Both the position numbers and the translations under genes were made by a program. Shown one piece after another: positions 13,300 to 26,759 of a DNA stretch of 64,000 bases; the first letter of the stretch is position 1, and each line of letters starts with the position of its first letter. The notes beneath the pieces are model-generated. The model was not told where the DNA came from. It was given only the letters and a program-made list of their open reading frames with translations, and made no database searches. Location of the stretch: contig MU058000.1 in assembly GCA_013265495.1 (NCBI GenBank), positions 2,604,001 to 2,668,000 of the forward strand, read 5' to 3'. The DNA comes from Vicugna vicugna. Its lineage: Eukaryota.

Positions 13300-14200
13300 C
13301 AGAGCAAGCATCAGAGCCAGACTTGACAGTTCTGTTGGAAAGATCAGACTGAGGATTTAAAGCAATTATGATTAATATGCTAAGGGCTTTAATGGATAAA
13401 GTGGACAGTATGTAGGAACAGATGGACAAAGTAAGCAGAAAGATAGATGTGCTAGAGATAAACACTGTAACAGAAATAAAGAATGCCTTTGATGTGCTCA
13501 TTAGTAGACTGGACAAGGCTTAGGAAAGAATCTCTGAGCTTGAGAGTATATGGTCCATAGAAACCTTCAAAACTGAAAAGCAAAGAGAACAAAGACTGAA
13601 AAAAAAAACCCACCACAACAACAAAAACAGACTCTCCAAGGACTGTGGGACATCTACAAAACGTGTAACTTACACATGAAAGGAATACCAGCAGGAGAAG
13701 AAAGAGAGAAGGGAACAGAAGAAATATTTGAAATAATAATGACCAAGAAACATCCCCAAATTAATATCAGACTTGACCACAATCCAGGAAGCTCAGAGAA
13801 CACAAGCAGGATGAATGTCAAAAGCACTACGCTTAGACATATTATTTTCAAACTATAGAAAATTAAAGATAAAGAAAAAATCTTGAAAGAAGCCAAAGGA
13901 AAAGAAAAAAATCTAACCTAAAGAAGAGAAAAAGTAAGAATTACATGCAACTTCTTCTCAGAAATCATATAAACGAAAAGGAAGTAGAGTGGAATATTTA
14001 GAGTGCTGAGAGAAAAAATTCACCAACTGTATTCTGTACCCTGTGAGATTATCCTGCAAAGATTAAGGAGTTAAGGACTTTGGCAGACAAAGAAAAACTG
14101 AGGAAATTTGTCACCAGTAGACTTGACTTTCAAGAAATGTTAAGATAATTTTATAAAGAGAAGGAAAATACTACAGTCAGAAACTCAGGTCTGTGTAAAG
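13300..14200 (+). pseudogene. L1 ORF1p remnant (frameshifts and stops)
   Basis: ORF 13676-13858 reads GIPAGEEREKGTEEIFEIIM...RHIIFKL, matching the L1 ORF1p RRM region. Confidence 0.85.
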
Positions 14201-14566
14201 AAAGGATGAGCACAGAAGAAAAAAATAAATAAAGGTAAAATCATTTTTGCTTATTCTTAATAGATCTAACAGAAAGTGGTTTGTTCAAAACAATAATAGC
14301 AATGATGTATGTGATTATTTATATATATGTAAGTGAAATGAGCTATCGCAATGATATAAGAGATGAGGGGGAAAAATTAGGATTCTTTTGTTACTATAAA
14401 TTATTCAAACTGCCTATGAAACAGTGCAGTGTTATTTGAAAATGAACTTGGATTAGTTAGAAATTTATACAGAAAACTCCAGGGCAACAATTAAAAGATT
14501 TCTGCTATAATAAAAAAGAAAAGAAGTATAATTGTACACAATGCTCAATTAAAACCAGAGAAGGTA

Positions 14567-16122
14567 GTCTCCACCAAAATAACTGTTAGGACTAATAAAT
14601 GAATTAAGAACATTTGTAGGATACAAGGTTAATATACAGAAATCTTGCTTTTCTATACACCAATAATGGACTATCAGAAAGGAAAAAAAGAATCCCATTT
14701 AAAATTGCTATAAAAAGAATGAAATGCCTAGGAAAAAACTTAACATAGGAGGTGAAAGACATTAACTCTAAAAATTTACTACCTACCCTGAAACCTATTC
14801 TGTAAAGCATTGATAAAGGAAATCAAAGATGATACAAAGAAATGGAAAGATATCCTATGCTCTTGGATTGGAAAATTAATACTGTTAAAATGGCCATACT
14901 ACTCAAAGCAATCTACAGATTCAGTGCAAACCTTATCAAAATTCCCATGACATTTTTCCTAGAACAAGAACAAATAATCCTCAAATTTCTGTGGAATCTC
15001 ATAAGACCCAGAATTGTCAGAGCAATCTTGAGAAAGAAAAGAACAAAGCCGGAGAGATCACCCTCTCACTTCAGACTATACTTAATTAAAACAGCATGGT
15101 ATTGATACAAAAACAGACATAGATCAATGGAACACAACAGAGAGCCTAGAAATAACCTATACATCTATGGTCAATTAATCTATGACAAAGGAAGCAAGAA
15201 CATACAATGGAAAAAAGACAGTCTTTTCAATAAGTCGTACTAGGAATATTGGACAACTACATGTAAAAAATGAGATTAGAACATTTTCTCGTACCATATA
15301 CAAAAATAAACTCAAAATAGGTTAAAGATCTAAATGTAAGATCTAAATGTAAGAATTGAAACCATAAAATTCCCAAAGAGAATATAGGCAGAACATTGTT
15401 TGACATATTATAGCAATACTTTTTGATCAGTTTCCTAAGACAAAAGAAATAAAAACAAAAGTAAAGAAATGGAACATAAATAGATGTAAAGACTTTGCAC
15501 AGCAAAAGAAACCATTAGCAAATCCAAAAGACAATCTATGCAATGGAAGAAAATATTTGCAAACAATATGATTGACAAGAGGTTAATATCCAAAATATAT
15601 AAATGGGTCATACAACTCAATATCAAAAACAAACAAAAAAAACAAACAATTCAATTAAAACATGAGGTGAAGATCTGAATAGAATTTCCTAAACAAGACA
15701 TAGAGAAGGCTAACAGGCATATGAAAAAATGCTCAGCATCACTAATTATCAGAGAAAAGCAAATCAAAACCACAATGAAGTATCACCTAATACCTGTCAA
15801 AAAAATGGCTATCATCAAAACATCTACAAATAACAAATTTTGGCGAAAATATGGAGAAAAGTGACCTCTTGTACACTACTGGTAGGAATGTAAGCTGGTA
15901 CAGTCACTATAGAAAATAGTATGGCAGTTCCTCAAAAAAAAAAAAAACAGAACTATCGTAGGATCCAGTAATTCCCCTCCTGGGTATATATCTGGAAAAA
16001 AGAAAACACTAATTTGAAAAGATACATGTACTTCAATGTTTATAGCAGTATTATTTATAATAGCCAAGATATGAAAGCAAACCAAATATCTATCAACAGA
16101 TGGAATAGATAAAGAAGATATG

Positions 16123-16171
<49 letters not shown>

Positions 16172-16632
16172 AATATTACTCAGTCATAAAAATGTAATTC
16201 TGCCATCTGCAGAAACATGAAAGACCTAGAGAATATTATGCTTGATGAAATAAGGTTGATAGAGACAAACACTGTATGATATCAATTGTATGTGAAATCT
16301 AAAAAGTAAAACAAATAAATCTAGTAAAACAGAAACAGACTTTACAGGTATCAAAAACAAACCAATGGTTGCCAGTGAGGAGAGGCACAAGGGAAAAGGC
16401 AAGATAGGGGTATGGGATTAAGAGATACAAACTAATATGTGTAAAACAGATAGGCAACAAGGATTTATTGTACTATCCTTGTACAATAAGGATATTATAT
16501 TATTATCCTTATAGGATATTATAGCTATTATCTTTTAACAACCTCTAATAAAGAATAATCTGTAAAAATACTGAATCATTATGCTGTACACTTGAAACTA
16601 ATTTGTAAGTAAACTATACTTCAATTAAAAAA
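14567..16632 (+). mobile_element. Younger 5'-truncated L1 (cetartiodactyl-type 3' UTR) inserted into the older L1
   Basis: ORF 14842-15105 KINTVKMAILLKAIYRFSANLIKIPMTFF matches L1 ORF2p; ends aaactatacttcaattaaaaaa; flanked by agaaggta at 14559-14566 and 16641-16648. Confidence 0.9.
16125..16169. repeat. Perfect (AC)22 microsatellite inside the younger L1
   Basis: Direct read. Confidence 0.95.
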
Positions 16633-16714
16633 TTAAATTCAGAAGGTAGAAAAAGGGTGAAAGACAAAAATAGGGACAGAGAAAAATGGCAACAATTAGA
16701 AAAGAGTAACAAAT

Positions 16715-19700
16715 ATTTTAGATATTAATTTAACTATGTCAATAATTGCGTTGAATGTTAGTAATCTAAACACACCAAATAAAAGACAGATTGTCAGAGT
16801 GGGTCAAAAAATATGACCCAACTATATGTTGTCTACAAGAAATCCACTGTAAATATAATAAGATAAAGGGATAGAGAACAATATATCATGCTATCTCTAG
16901 TAAAGAAAACAGAAATAATTGTATTAATTTCAATCAGAGTAGAATTCAAAGCAAGGAAAGTTATCAGGGATAAAAAGAATTATATAATGATAAAGAGGTC
17001 AATTATACAATAAGACATGACAGTCCTTAATGTGTATGTAGCTAACAAGAAAGCCTCAAAATATGTGAAGCAAAAACTGATAGAGCTGCAAAGAAAAATA
17101 GATGAATCCAGTATTATAGCTGGAGATTTCAACACCCCTCTATTCTAAATGGACATTTCTATCAGGTAGAAAATCAGTAAGGATGTAATTGAAATCAATG
17201 ACACTATCAACCAACTGCATATAATTGTCATCTATAGTCTACTTAATCCAGCAGCAGCAGAATACACATTCATTTCAAGCTCACATGAAAATTCATGAAG
17301 ATAGACCACATTCTGGGCCCCCAAACACACCTTAACAAATTTAAAAGAATTCATACAATGTCTGCTTTCAGACCAATTTAATTAAACTGGAAATGACTAA
17401 TAGAAAGATAACTGGAAAATCCCCAAATACATGTGAATTAAACAGCATAATTCTAAACAACACATAAATCAAAGAAAATATCTCAAGGTAAAATTTAAAT
17501 ATCTTTAAGTAAATAAAAATAAAAATACAACTTATCAAAATTTGTGAGATGAAACAAAAACATGATTAGAGGGAATTTTATAGTACTGAATGACTATATT
17601 AGAAAATAAGAAAAATCTAAAATCAGTTATCTAAGCTTTCACCCTAGAAAACTGGAATAAGAACAAATTAAATCCAAAGTAATCAGATGAAAAGATATTA
17701 TAAGAATTTGAGCAGGAATCAATGAAATTGAAGACAGGAAATCAAAAGAAAATGATATAATCCAAAATCGGTTCTTAGTAGAGATAAAGAAAATTGATAA
17801 GCCATTAGCCAAACCAACTAGGAAAAAAAGGATATAAGTTACTAAAATTAGAAATGAAACAGGGGACATCACTACAGATTCCATGAACATTAAAAGAATG
17901 ATAAACACTATGAATGACTCTATGCCTACAAATTTGATAACCTTGATAAAATAGACCAATTATTTGAAAGACACAATCTACCAAGCTCATACAAAGTGAA
18001 ATTGACAATCTGAACATGTCTATAGAGCAGGGCTATACCTATTAAAGAAATGGAATCAATAATTAATAACCTTCCAAAAAAAAAAAGGAGCACCCTGCCT
18101 AGATGGGTGGACTCTACCAAATATTTAAGGAAAAATTAGACCAATTGTCTACAATCTCCTTCAGAAGAAAGAAGCAGAGTTAATCATTCCTACTCATTCT
18201 ATGAAGCCAGCATCATCCTAATGCCAAAACCAGAGAAAGACATTACAAGAAAAGAAAATCATGGACCAATCTCTTTCATGAATATAAATGCAAAAATTAT
18301 TTAAAAAATTAACAAATCAAATCCAACATTGTAAAAAAAAATTATCCACCATAATCAAGTAATTTTTATCCTACGAAGGCAAAGCTGGTTCAACATCTTA
18401 AAAGTAATTGATGTAATAAATTTCATCACAGTCTAAAGATCATATTAATAGATGCAGAAAAAACACTTGACAAAAACCAACAGTCATTTCTGATAAAAAC
18501 TCTCAGAAAACTAGAAATAGAGATGAATTTCATCATGTTGATAAACAATAACTACAAAAAACCCTCCAACATCATTCTTAATGATGAGAAACTTTCCCAC
18601 TAAGGTCAGGAACAAGGCAAAAATTTTCTCTCTCACCACTGCTTTTTAACATCATACTGAAAGTTCTAGTTAATGCAATAAGACCAGAAAAGGAAATAAA
18701 ATATATACAGATTGGGAAGGAAAGTGTAAAATCTGTCTTTGTTCATAGATGACATGATTGACTATGTAGAAAATCTGAAAAGAATCAACAAAAAACCTCC
18801 TGCAATCACCAAAAATCTCCTGTAAATAATAATTGATTTTAGCAAGTTTGTGAGATACAAGGCTAATATATGAAAGTCAATAGATTTTCTATATAACAGC
18901 AATGACTATGTGATATTTGAAATTGAAAACAATACCATTTACATTCTTATCCCCAAATGAAATACCTAAGTTATACTTAACAAAATATTAACAAGATCTA
19001 CATGAGAAAAATTACAAAACTCTAATGAACAAAATCAAAAAAGAACCAAACTGATGGAGAGAGATTCCTATTCATTTATAGGAACACTCAATAATGTCAA
19101 GATATCGGTTCTTCCCAACTTGATCTATAGATTAAAGAGAAGAATATAGTTGGAAACTGACACTACCTGGCTTCAAGACCTACTATAAAACTACAGTAAT
19201 CAAGACAGTGTGGTACTGGTGAAAAAAATATATATATATACACAAAAGGATTAATGGAGCAGAACAGAGTTCCCCAAAATAGACTAAAAAATTATATAGT
19301 AGACCATTATTTGACAGAGGCACAAAGGCAGTAAAATGGAGCAAGATAATATTTTTAATAAATGGTGCTAGAACAACAAACATTATACAAAGAAGCAAAT
19401 AAACAAATTTGGACACAAATCTTACACTTTTTACAAAAATTAACTCAATGTTGGTCACAGGCCCAAATGTAAAATGCAAAACTCAGACTCCTAGATGACC
19501 TAGAAGAAAATCTATATGACCTTAAGCTTGGTGATAACTTTCTAGATACAATACCAAAGTCAAAATCCATGACAAAAAGAACAGATAGGGTGAACTTGAT
19601 TACACTTTTAAATCTCCATTCTACAAAAGACAATGTTAAGAGAATAAGAAAAGCCACAGACTAGTAGAACATATTTGCAAAAGACATATCTTATAAAGAG

Positions 19701-20200
19701 CTGTTATCCAAATATACGAATAATTTTTTAAGCTCAATAATAAGGAAACAAGCAACCTGATTATAAATTGTGCCAAAGGCCTTAAGAGATACTTCACCAA
19801 AGAAGGTATACAAATGGCATATAAACATATGAAAAGATGCGCCACATCAGATGTCATCAGGGAAATGCAAATTAAAACGACAAAAAGATACTACTACACA
19901 CCTATTAGAATGGCCAAAAGGCAGGAATCTGTTGACAACACCAAATACTAGGGAGTTTGAACAGCAGTAGGAACTCTCCTTCATTGCTTGTAAGAAAGAA
20001 GATGGTTCAGTGGTTTCTTGCAAAACTAAACATACTCTTATCTATGACCCAGCAATTGAATTCCTTGGTATTTATCCAAAGGATTTGAAAACTTACATTC
20101 ACACAAAAACCTGCACATGGATTTTTATAGCAGCTTTATTCATAATTGTCAAAACGTGGAGGCAGCCCACATGTCCTTCAGTAGGTGAATGAATAAATAG
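16715..20200 (+). pseudogene. L1 ORF2p remnant (endonuclease, RT, C-terminal domain) with internal deletions
   Basis: Endonuclease start (...gacccaactatatgttgtctacaagaa = DPTICCLQE), RT motif ttgttcatagatgacatgatt (LFIDDMI) near 18739, and C-terminal YDPAIEFLGIYPKDLKT...FIAALFII in ORF 20010-20192. Confidence 0.9.
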
Positions 20201-21161
20201 AGGGTAGTACATACAGCCTATGGATTATTATTCAGCACTGAAAAATGAGTTATCAAGTAATGGAAAGACATGAAGAAAATTTCAGTGCATATTACTAAGT
20301 GACAAAAGCCCATCTGAAAAGGCTACGTACTATACGATACCAACTATTTGACACTTTGGAAAAGGCAAAAATACAGAGATAGTACAATGATCAGTGGCTT
20401 CCAGGGGGAGCTGGGGAGGGTGGGGGAGAGATGCATAGGAAGAACAGAGGATTTTTAGGGCAGTAAAAATGCTCTGTGATACCATAATGATAGATTCATG
20501 TCATTATACATTTGTCTGAAACCATAGAATGTACAACACCAAGAGAGAACAATAATGTAAATGATAAACTTTGGGTGATTATATTTCAATGTAGTTTTAT
20601 CCATTGTGACAAATGTACCATTCTGGTAGGGGGATGTTGATAATGGAGGAAGCTGTATATGTGTGGGGGCAGGAGATGTATGGGGAATCTCTGTCTGCCT
20701 CTCAGTTTTGCTTTAACTTTAAACTGCTCTAAATAAATAGCATTTTTTTAAAGTAGATATCCTGACACAAAATTTTATATATTTAATCACTTCATTCTAA
20801 ATAATGCATGTAAATACTAAGAGAGGGAACCTGATCCAAAGAGTAGTATAAACTTATACTGAATAAAGACATTATTTTCTCACTTTATTCTCCTCTTCAA
20901 TTTATTACTAATGCTAGAAAACTTTCTCTTCCTCAGCTAAAGAAATACACCAGAAATACTGTAAATATCAAATTTTTATTCATAAAATCAATTCTAGATA
21001 GTACTAATAGTATCTAATATAGTGCAATAACTAACAATTTTCCTGACAGTGATTACTACCTATTTCTTTTCATGAGAGTTCAAAGTATATGTCAGTGAAT
21101 CATGTTATTGTTGATCAAGTCTTGGCTGAATATCAGCAACATGTGATCATTAAGAGTTGCT

Positions 21162-21310
21162 GGGGGTAGGGGAGAGTGTAGCTCAAGTGGTAGAGTGCGT
21201 GGCTTAGCATACACGAAGTCCTGGGTTCAATCCGCAGTACCTCCTCTGAAAATAAGTAAGCAAATCCAATTACCCTCCTCCAAAAAATAATAAAATTAAA
21301 AAATTTTAAA
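21162..21310 (+). mobile_element. tRNA-Ala-derived SINE (camelid Vic-1-like)
   Basis: tRNA-Ala(AGC)-like head with A box (tagctcaagtgg) and B box (ggttcaatcc), A-rich tail, TSD aagagttgct 21152-21161 / aagacttgct 21311-21320. Confidence 0.85.
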
Positions 21311-21489
21311 AAGACTTGCTAGATGATAGTTTACCTTTCCCAAGGAGATAAAGAAAACATTTATTTTCAAGTTAAACCAATCTGTCTTGCATTTAAACTA
21401 TAAGCAAGTAGGTTTTCTATACTTGGACATATAAAACGAGAGGCCGGGACCTTGCTGTTAGAGGTCATCGGTCAGCTGTTCCAGGCTTG

Positions 21490-21912
21490 AGTCCATGGGT
21501 GCTGGATCCATCTTTCTGCCTTTCCCTACTCTGTTTTGTATCATAGGGAAATTGTTCTGCAGCCAACCTTGCTCCCGCTGTTTCACTGTGTCAGTTTGCT
21601 TTTCTGAATTTGGCCAATGAGAGGTACTGGTGGAGGTTGGACTATAGGAGGAAGGGGGAAATCTGATATTTCTTCCCTTCCTTCAAGGGTTTCCAGGAGC
21701 ACTGGTCACACTTCCATGGCTCCGGCTCCTGCCAGGTGACCCAAGTCCCTGGACTCCGTCAGCATGGCCTCTTTTCTTTGTTTCTTCAACATGCTGTAGC
21801 TGACTCCTAGGTTACCAACTGTAGGCAGTTGGTTCTATGTATTTTTCTTGCTATAAATACTATAAATACACAGAATCATTGCTGTTTGCCTGTTTAGACC
21901 TTGACAGATACA
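21490..21912 (+). mobile_element. ERVL LTR (LTR33-like)
   Basis: tttggccaatgagaggtactggtggaggttgga...ggctccggctcctgccagg; ends ccttgacagataca. Confidence 0.6.
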
Positions 21913-21941
21913 TCAGTACTTTAGTTCATTTGTTTGGCTTG

Positions 21942-21945
21942 CCTC

Positions 21946-21979
<34 letters not shown>
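21942..21979. repeat. (CT)n microsatellite
   Basis: Direct read, one interruption. Confidence 0.9.
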
Positions 21980-22369
21980 CACTATGTCCCCACTCCCATC
22001 ACCTCGTCCAAAGTCAGGGACACTGTATGTTCACAATATAAATCTTCTGCACTATCTCATTAGGAAATAGGTGAGGGATATAAATGTTCATCTGGTACCA
22101 TCTAAAATAAGGTTGTACTTAATTCATTTTCTTCCTCTCACTGCGTTGTCATTTTCCTGGGAAGAATAGGAATGTCTGATGCTGTTTATTTAAATTTCTG
22201 CCTGGATATTTTCAAACATATAACCTAAAAGATGCAAAGCTTATCAGATCATAGATGATAGAATTTTCACCTCCCCTAAAACGATATAATTACTCATGGT
22301 AGGAACTCAGTTTAAACTGGTGTTGGATAGATCTGGTTTTGCAAAGTTTATCCATAGCACCTCAACTCA

Positions 22370-22800
22370 TTAGCTCATTTTATTCATTGACCTCCGATTT
22401 GTTCAGCCCATACTAGATGTTGAGGACGTAATGGTGGTGAAGAGCAAATGGTCTTCATTTCCTGAGGCCTGTAGTCTAGTTAAGGGATCAGTCAATAGCA
22501 TAACTGCCTGATACATGTACGCAGACAGCTCATCAAAGTGCCAGTAAGAAGAGGATAGGGTGACATGCCAATATCAGAGGGAAATGCAACGTTTTCAGGA
22601 TTCAGTTTAACACAGTCCCTTTCCTGAGGTGCCGACCCTGAGCTGTGATCTACAGAATGGACAAAGGCTAAGCATATGAAGACGTTAGGAGAATATTCCA
22701 ATCAGAACAGATAAGCATATCTGTAGCTAAGAGGAGAATGTCAGAGGGAAAACTGGAGTGGCTCTGGTAGACGGAGTGAGGATAGGAAGCTGATGTAGGG
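22370..22800 (-). mobile_element. L2 fragment
   Basis: cattta ttcatt...ggtgaagagcaaatggtcttcatttcctgaggcctgtagtctag followed by a purine-rich antisense L2 body. Confidence 0.55.
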
Positions 22801-22828
22801 GCTGACTGTTCTTCTAATTGTAGGTGCC

Positions 22829-23453
22829 TGTGTCCTCTCTTGCTATGTAAGAACGCAGAACAAATGTAGGAACTTAAAACAGCCATTTAAGGACTCACAG
22901 TTCTGCAGGTCAGAAGCCTGGTGGGCTCAGCTGGATACTCTGTGTAGAGTCTTCATGAAGCTGAGCTCAGTGTTGGACAGCTTGCCGTCCTTACTGAGGG
23001 CCCTGGAAGAGAATCCACTTCCAAGATCATTCAGGTCAGTAGCGGGATTCAACTCCTTGCAGCTGTAGGATGGAGGTCCCGTTTCCTTGCTGGCTGTCTG
23101 CTGGATGCTAGTCTTTACTCCTAGAGGCCACCTGCATCTCTTCTCATTTTTTCCCAAATACACCTTCCAGAGTCTGGGTCAAGACTCTGTCATGCTTAGC
23201 AACTTCCTCATTTACCATCCAGCTGCTGCTCTCTCACTGACTCTCCGCCTTCCTCTCTAGCTTTTAAGGGCTCACGTGACTTCATTGGGCCCACCTGGAG
23301 AATCCTTGCTACTCTCCCTGTTTTAAAGTCAGCTGATAAGTGACATTAATTACATTTGCAAAGCCCATTCAGAGCAGTACCTAGTTAGTGTTTAATTGAA
23401 GTACCGGACGGTGGAACTCTCGAGGGGGAATTTTTAAAACTCTGCCTAGCACA
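22829..23453 (-). mobile_element. MaLR LTR (MLT1E-like)
   Basis: ctcacagttctgcaggtcagaag...gaagagaatccacttccaagatcattcagg...; ends ctgcctagcaca (reverse complement of tgtg.taggcag). Confidence 0.8.
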
Positions 23454-24080
23454 GTCATATTAAGGAATGTTTGCTTATTTCTAAGATGTTTGTTATGCCA
23501 TTGAAGTTTTTTTAGAAATAATGGTGGAGGTTAGTGGTGATGATGTAAGCCTGGGTGGTGTGTCACTGAAATAGTTTCAGCTACTAGTAAAAGAATAAAG
23601 TAAAATAGCATTTCTATCAGGAATTGTGAAAGAGAAACAATGTGTGTGGACAATCAAGAAATTTATGAGAAATTCAGGCAGTGAATCCAGCCTTGGTCCT
23701 AAATTCAGATAAGATGCATTTCAAAGGAAACAAGTGTTCTTGCTCCGGGGAAATTAGCTACTAGCAGAGAAAGCTGAGTAAGCAAGCAAAATAAAATAGC
23801 GAGGGAGTTGAACCAACATACATTACCAAAACTATTTACTAAAAAAGATGAAAGGTATTCTGGGAATAAAGTGATCAAATAATTGTAAAGTTAAGGTGTG
23901 GCAACCTTGAAATTCATATATATATTTCTAAATATATTACAGTTGATTTGTTTTAAATTAAGACTGTAACATAGGGAGCTGTGGAATTAGCTTCCTGCTA
24001 AGCACTGAACCTATCCATAGCTCCTGAAAGCAAGTCAAAAATCAGGTAACAGAGAGCTGTATTATGTAACAGCTCTTTAG

Positions 24081-24139
24081 GAGACATTGTAGATGGCTAC
24101 CCCAACGAGACATTGTAGATGGCTACCCCAATGAGACAT
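24081..24139. repeat. 26-bp tandem duplication
   Basis: gagacattgtagatggctaccccaac / gagacattgtagatggctaccccaat / gagacat. Confidence 0.95.
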
Positions 24140-25039
24140 GTTATCTGGAAGTCTACCTGGCAAACCCACATCACAGCTGTACATGATACAGAGGAGGGAT
24201 GGACATCCTTCTACCTTCTGTATATGGGTTGAAAACAAAGATAATCAGTGAGTATTTCCTCTTTTTTTTTGTAAAGGAGGCAATAATTAGAATTCTAGTA
24301 AGTAAGAGTTGAGATCAGAAATCAGTATTCATAACAAATACTCACATAATACAATTTATTTTTCTATAGATGCTAGATACTTAGAATAACCGTCCCTGGT
24401 CTTGTCCGGTTTTCTTGTAGAATAGGAAAAACACAAATTCAAGGAAGATGCAGAAGAAAATGTGGGAGTATGTGTGTGCTGGGAGTACATTTTAATGCTG
24501 TAAAGCCCTGTTTGGCAGAGTTATTAGATTTCTAATATATTTTATTTCGAACTGAAATTTCCAGTTGAAAAATGGTCAAGCCATTTTCAAGACTTTCCAA
24601 GCCAAAGATAGTTTTATCATGAATATTCAGCTTAATCTCCAATACAAGATCACAGCATAATTTCTCAGTAAGTCTCCACTTAGATTTCTCAAATTTGAGT
24701 ATTTATGAAAATGGGTTTATTGTCTAGAAAATCATGTACTCGTTAAGTCAAAAAAATTGGAGAGGGGAGTGTTATCTTTTGGAGTAACTTACCACGACAG
24801 CTACAGAGACCTTTCCTTCGACTACTTAGAGTTATAGCTGATTCTTAATAACCATGCAAATTCCTTTGTGTGAATAACCTTTCCCCCATCTGTCTTGGTG
24901 AAGGGTAATTTCACTTACATCTCCGGAGATGAGGAACCCGTGTTGCCTTTCTTTCTACCCTGAGGAGAAAGAAAGGGGGTTATGACTTAAGCTTGACCAT
25001 AACGATCCTCTTGCCCAGAATTTTATGTCTTGTCTCTAA

Positions 25040-26750
25040 GTCTCTTTTATTGAGAAGTGCACCCACAATGAATGTGTGCATTCCATGAATACTTTTTTAA
25101 GAAGTACACAAACATGTACTCCCTCACCCACACCAGGGTGTAGAAATTGTCAGCACCCTTCCTGCCCCTCCCTAGTCAATATCCCCACCTAAGAAGTGAC
25201 CACTGTTCCTCTGTGCTTAGGCTCACAGATACGTGAGACAAGTTTTTCAAAGTCCCTGAACCAATTATCAGTCTCATCAGCAATGGCTGAGGATTCCAGT
25301 TTTTCCACATCCTCAACCAATCCTTGAACTAAATTTTAGCTGTTCTGTTGGCTGTGTAGTGGTATCCTGTTGTTTTATATTGCATCCAATTTGTATGAGT
25401 TATAACAGTGAGTCCATTTCCATATGTTTATTAGCTATTTAAGAAATCTCACCATATTTAGATCAACTTATCTTTTTATTATTTATTTTTTGGAAGTCTG
25501 TATATAAACCCATGTGTATACTGCACTTGTTTTACCCTAACCTCTGGCTTCTAATTCACTTTGTTGATTTTTTTTTTAAATTTTACATATGTGTTCTTAA
25601 TTATAATTAAATCATTTTTATTTTTTTTTAGGATTAATGCTATGTAAATGCTAAATATGTCATGTCTAATACTAATTATGTCCTTCTACTGCAAATTTAT
25701 CCCTAAATTTTCTCCTTCTACCTTAATTTTTAACTTCACTTTTAAATCTATGATCCAAATCAAATTAATGTATTGCTTATGATTACAAAAAGGATTAGTG
25801 TTCTTCTTCTTAACATAAAGATCCAAATGTCCCAGTATCATTTATTAAAAAGCAAAATAAATAAAAACATATTTCCTTATTAAGTTGCAATGATGTCTGT
25901 CATAAATCAAGTGACTTTTTATGTGCTATAATATTTCTAGATTCTAGATTCTAGATTCTTCCATTTCTCTGTGGGGTGTATGTGTGTGCATACACACACA
26001 CAGTCTTAATTATCATAGCTTTGCAGTGCTTCTTGAAATTATCAAAATTTGCTATTATAAATGTATTCTTCTAGTTAAGATTATCTTGGTTCTTTTTAGG
26101 TCCTCTGAATTTCAGTGTAATTTTAGAATCAGCTTATCCATTTCCACTAAAAATAAAATGCTGTGTCTATAGAGTTTACTTTTAAAATTAGAGATAAATT
26201 TAGTAAAAAAAAATATTGCCACAAAATTTAAAAATAAACAAAACAGTAAAACTTGCTACTAATTTATTTTTTTCAGTATTTTTTTTATATGTGAAGAGAC
26301 ATCACACACACCTTTTGCTGGTTCTATCCCTGTGCATTTGACATCAGTTAATATTTTTTATGCTTTTTGGATTGTATTACAAAATTCTTATGTGCCATTC
26401 ATCCATTGTTCAACCTTGTGATTCAATATTAGGTATTGGCTCTGAATAAACACATCTATTTCTAATAATTTATTTAAGGTTATTTTGGATGTTCTCTTTT
26501 ATGTTCAAATGAAGAAAAGTTTACTTTTTTTCAATATTAATAGGCTTTATATCTTTTTCTTGCCATATCACATGGTTTAGAACATCACTGTTAGGATGCC
26601 ATGACAGAGAATATAGTCTTTTTCCTGACATCGGGTGGAAATGTTTAATATTTTATCACTGATTATTCCTTCTAGTATTTTAAAATATATTCTTTATAAT
26701 ATTATATACATTGATTTGTATTGCTAGTATACGGACAGTATCTCAAATAC
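25040..26750 (-). mobile_element. Old L1 (L1ME-type) 3' portion
   Basis: Antisense L1: ttttattgagaagtgcac...ttccagtttttccacatcctc...aattttagaatcagcttatccatttccac. Confidence 0.7.
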
Positions 26751-26759
26751 CTATTAATT

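Larger units (their letters stand above)
12490..20750 (+). mobile_element. Near-full-length decayed LINE-1 (L1MC1/L1MC2-like) with two nested insertions
   Basis: Collinear 5' region, ORF1 remnant, inter-ORF spacer, ORF2 remnant and an L1MC1-type 3' UTR (gaatgtacaacaccaagag...gggggatgttgataatggaggaagctgtatatgtgtgggggcagg...aaactgctctaaataaa). Confidence 0.9.

Noticed and set aside
12490..20750. Active L1
   Set aside because: Multiple stops, frameshifts, internal deletions and nested insertions.
21169..21244. Functional tRNA-Ala gene
   Set aside because: It has insertions and mismatches in the stems, an A-rich tail and a TSD, which indicate a SINE.
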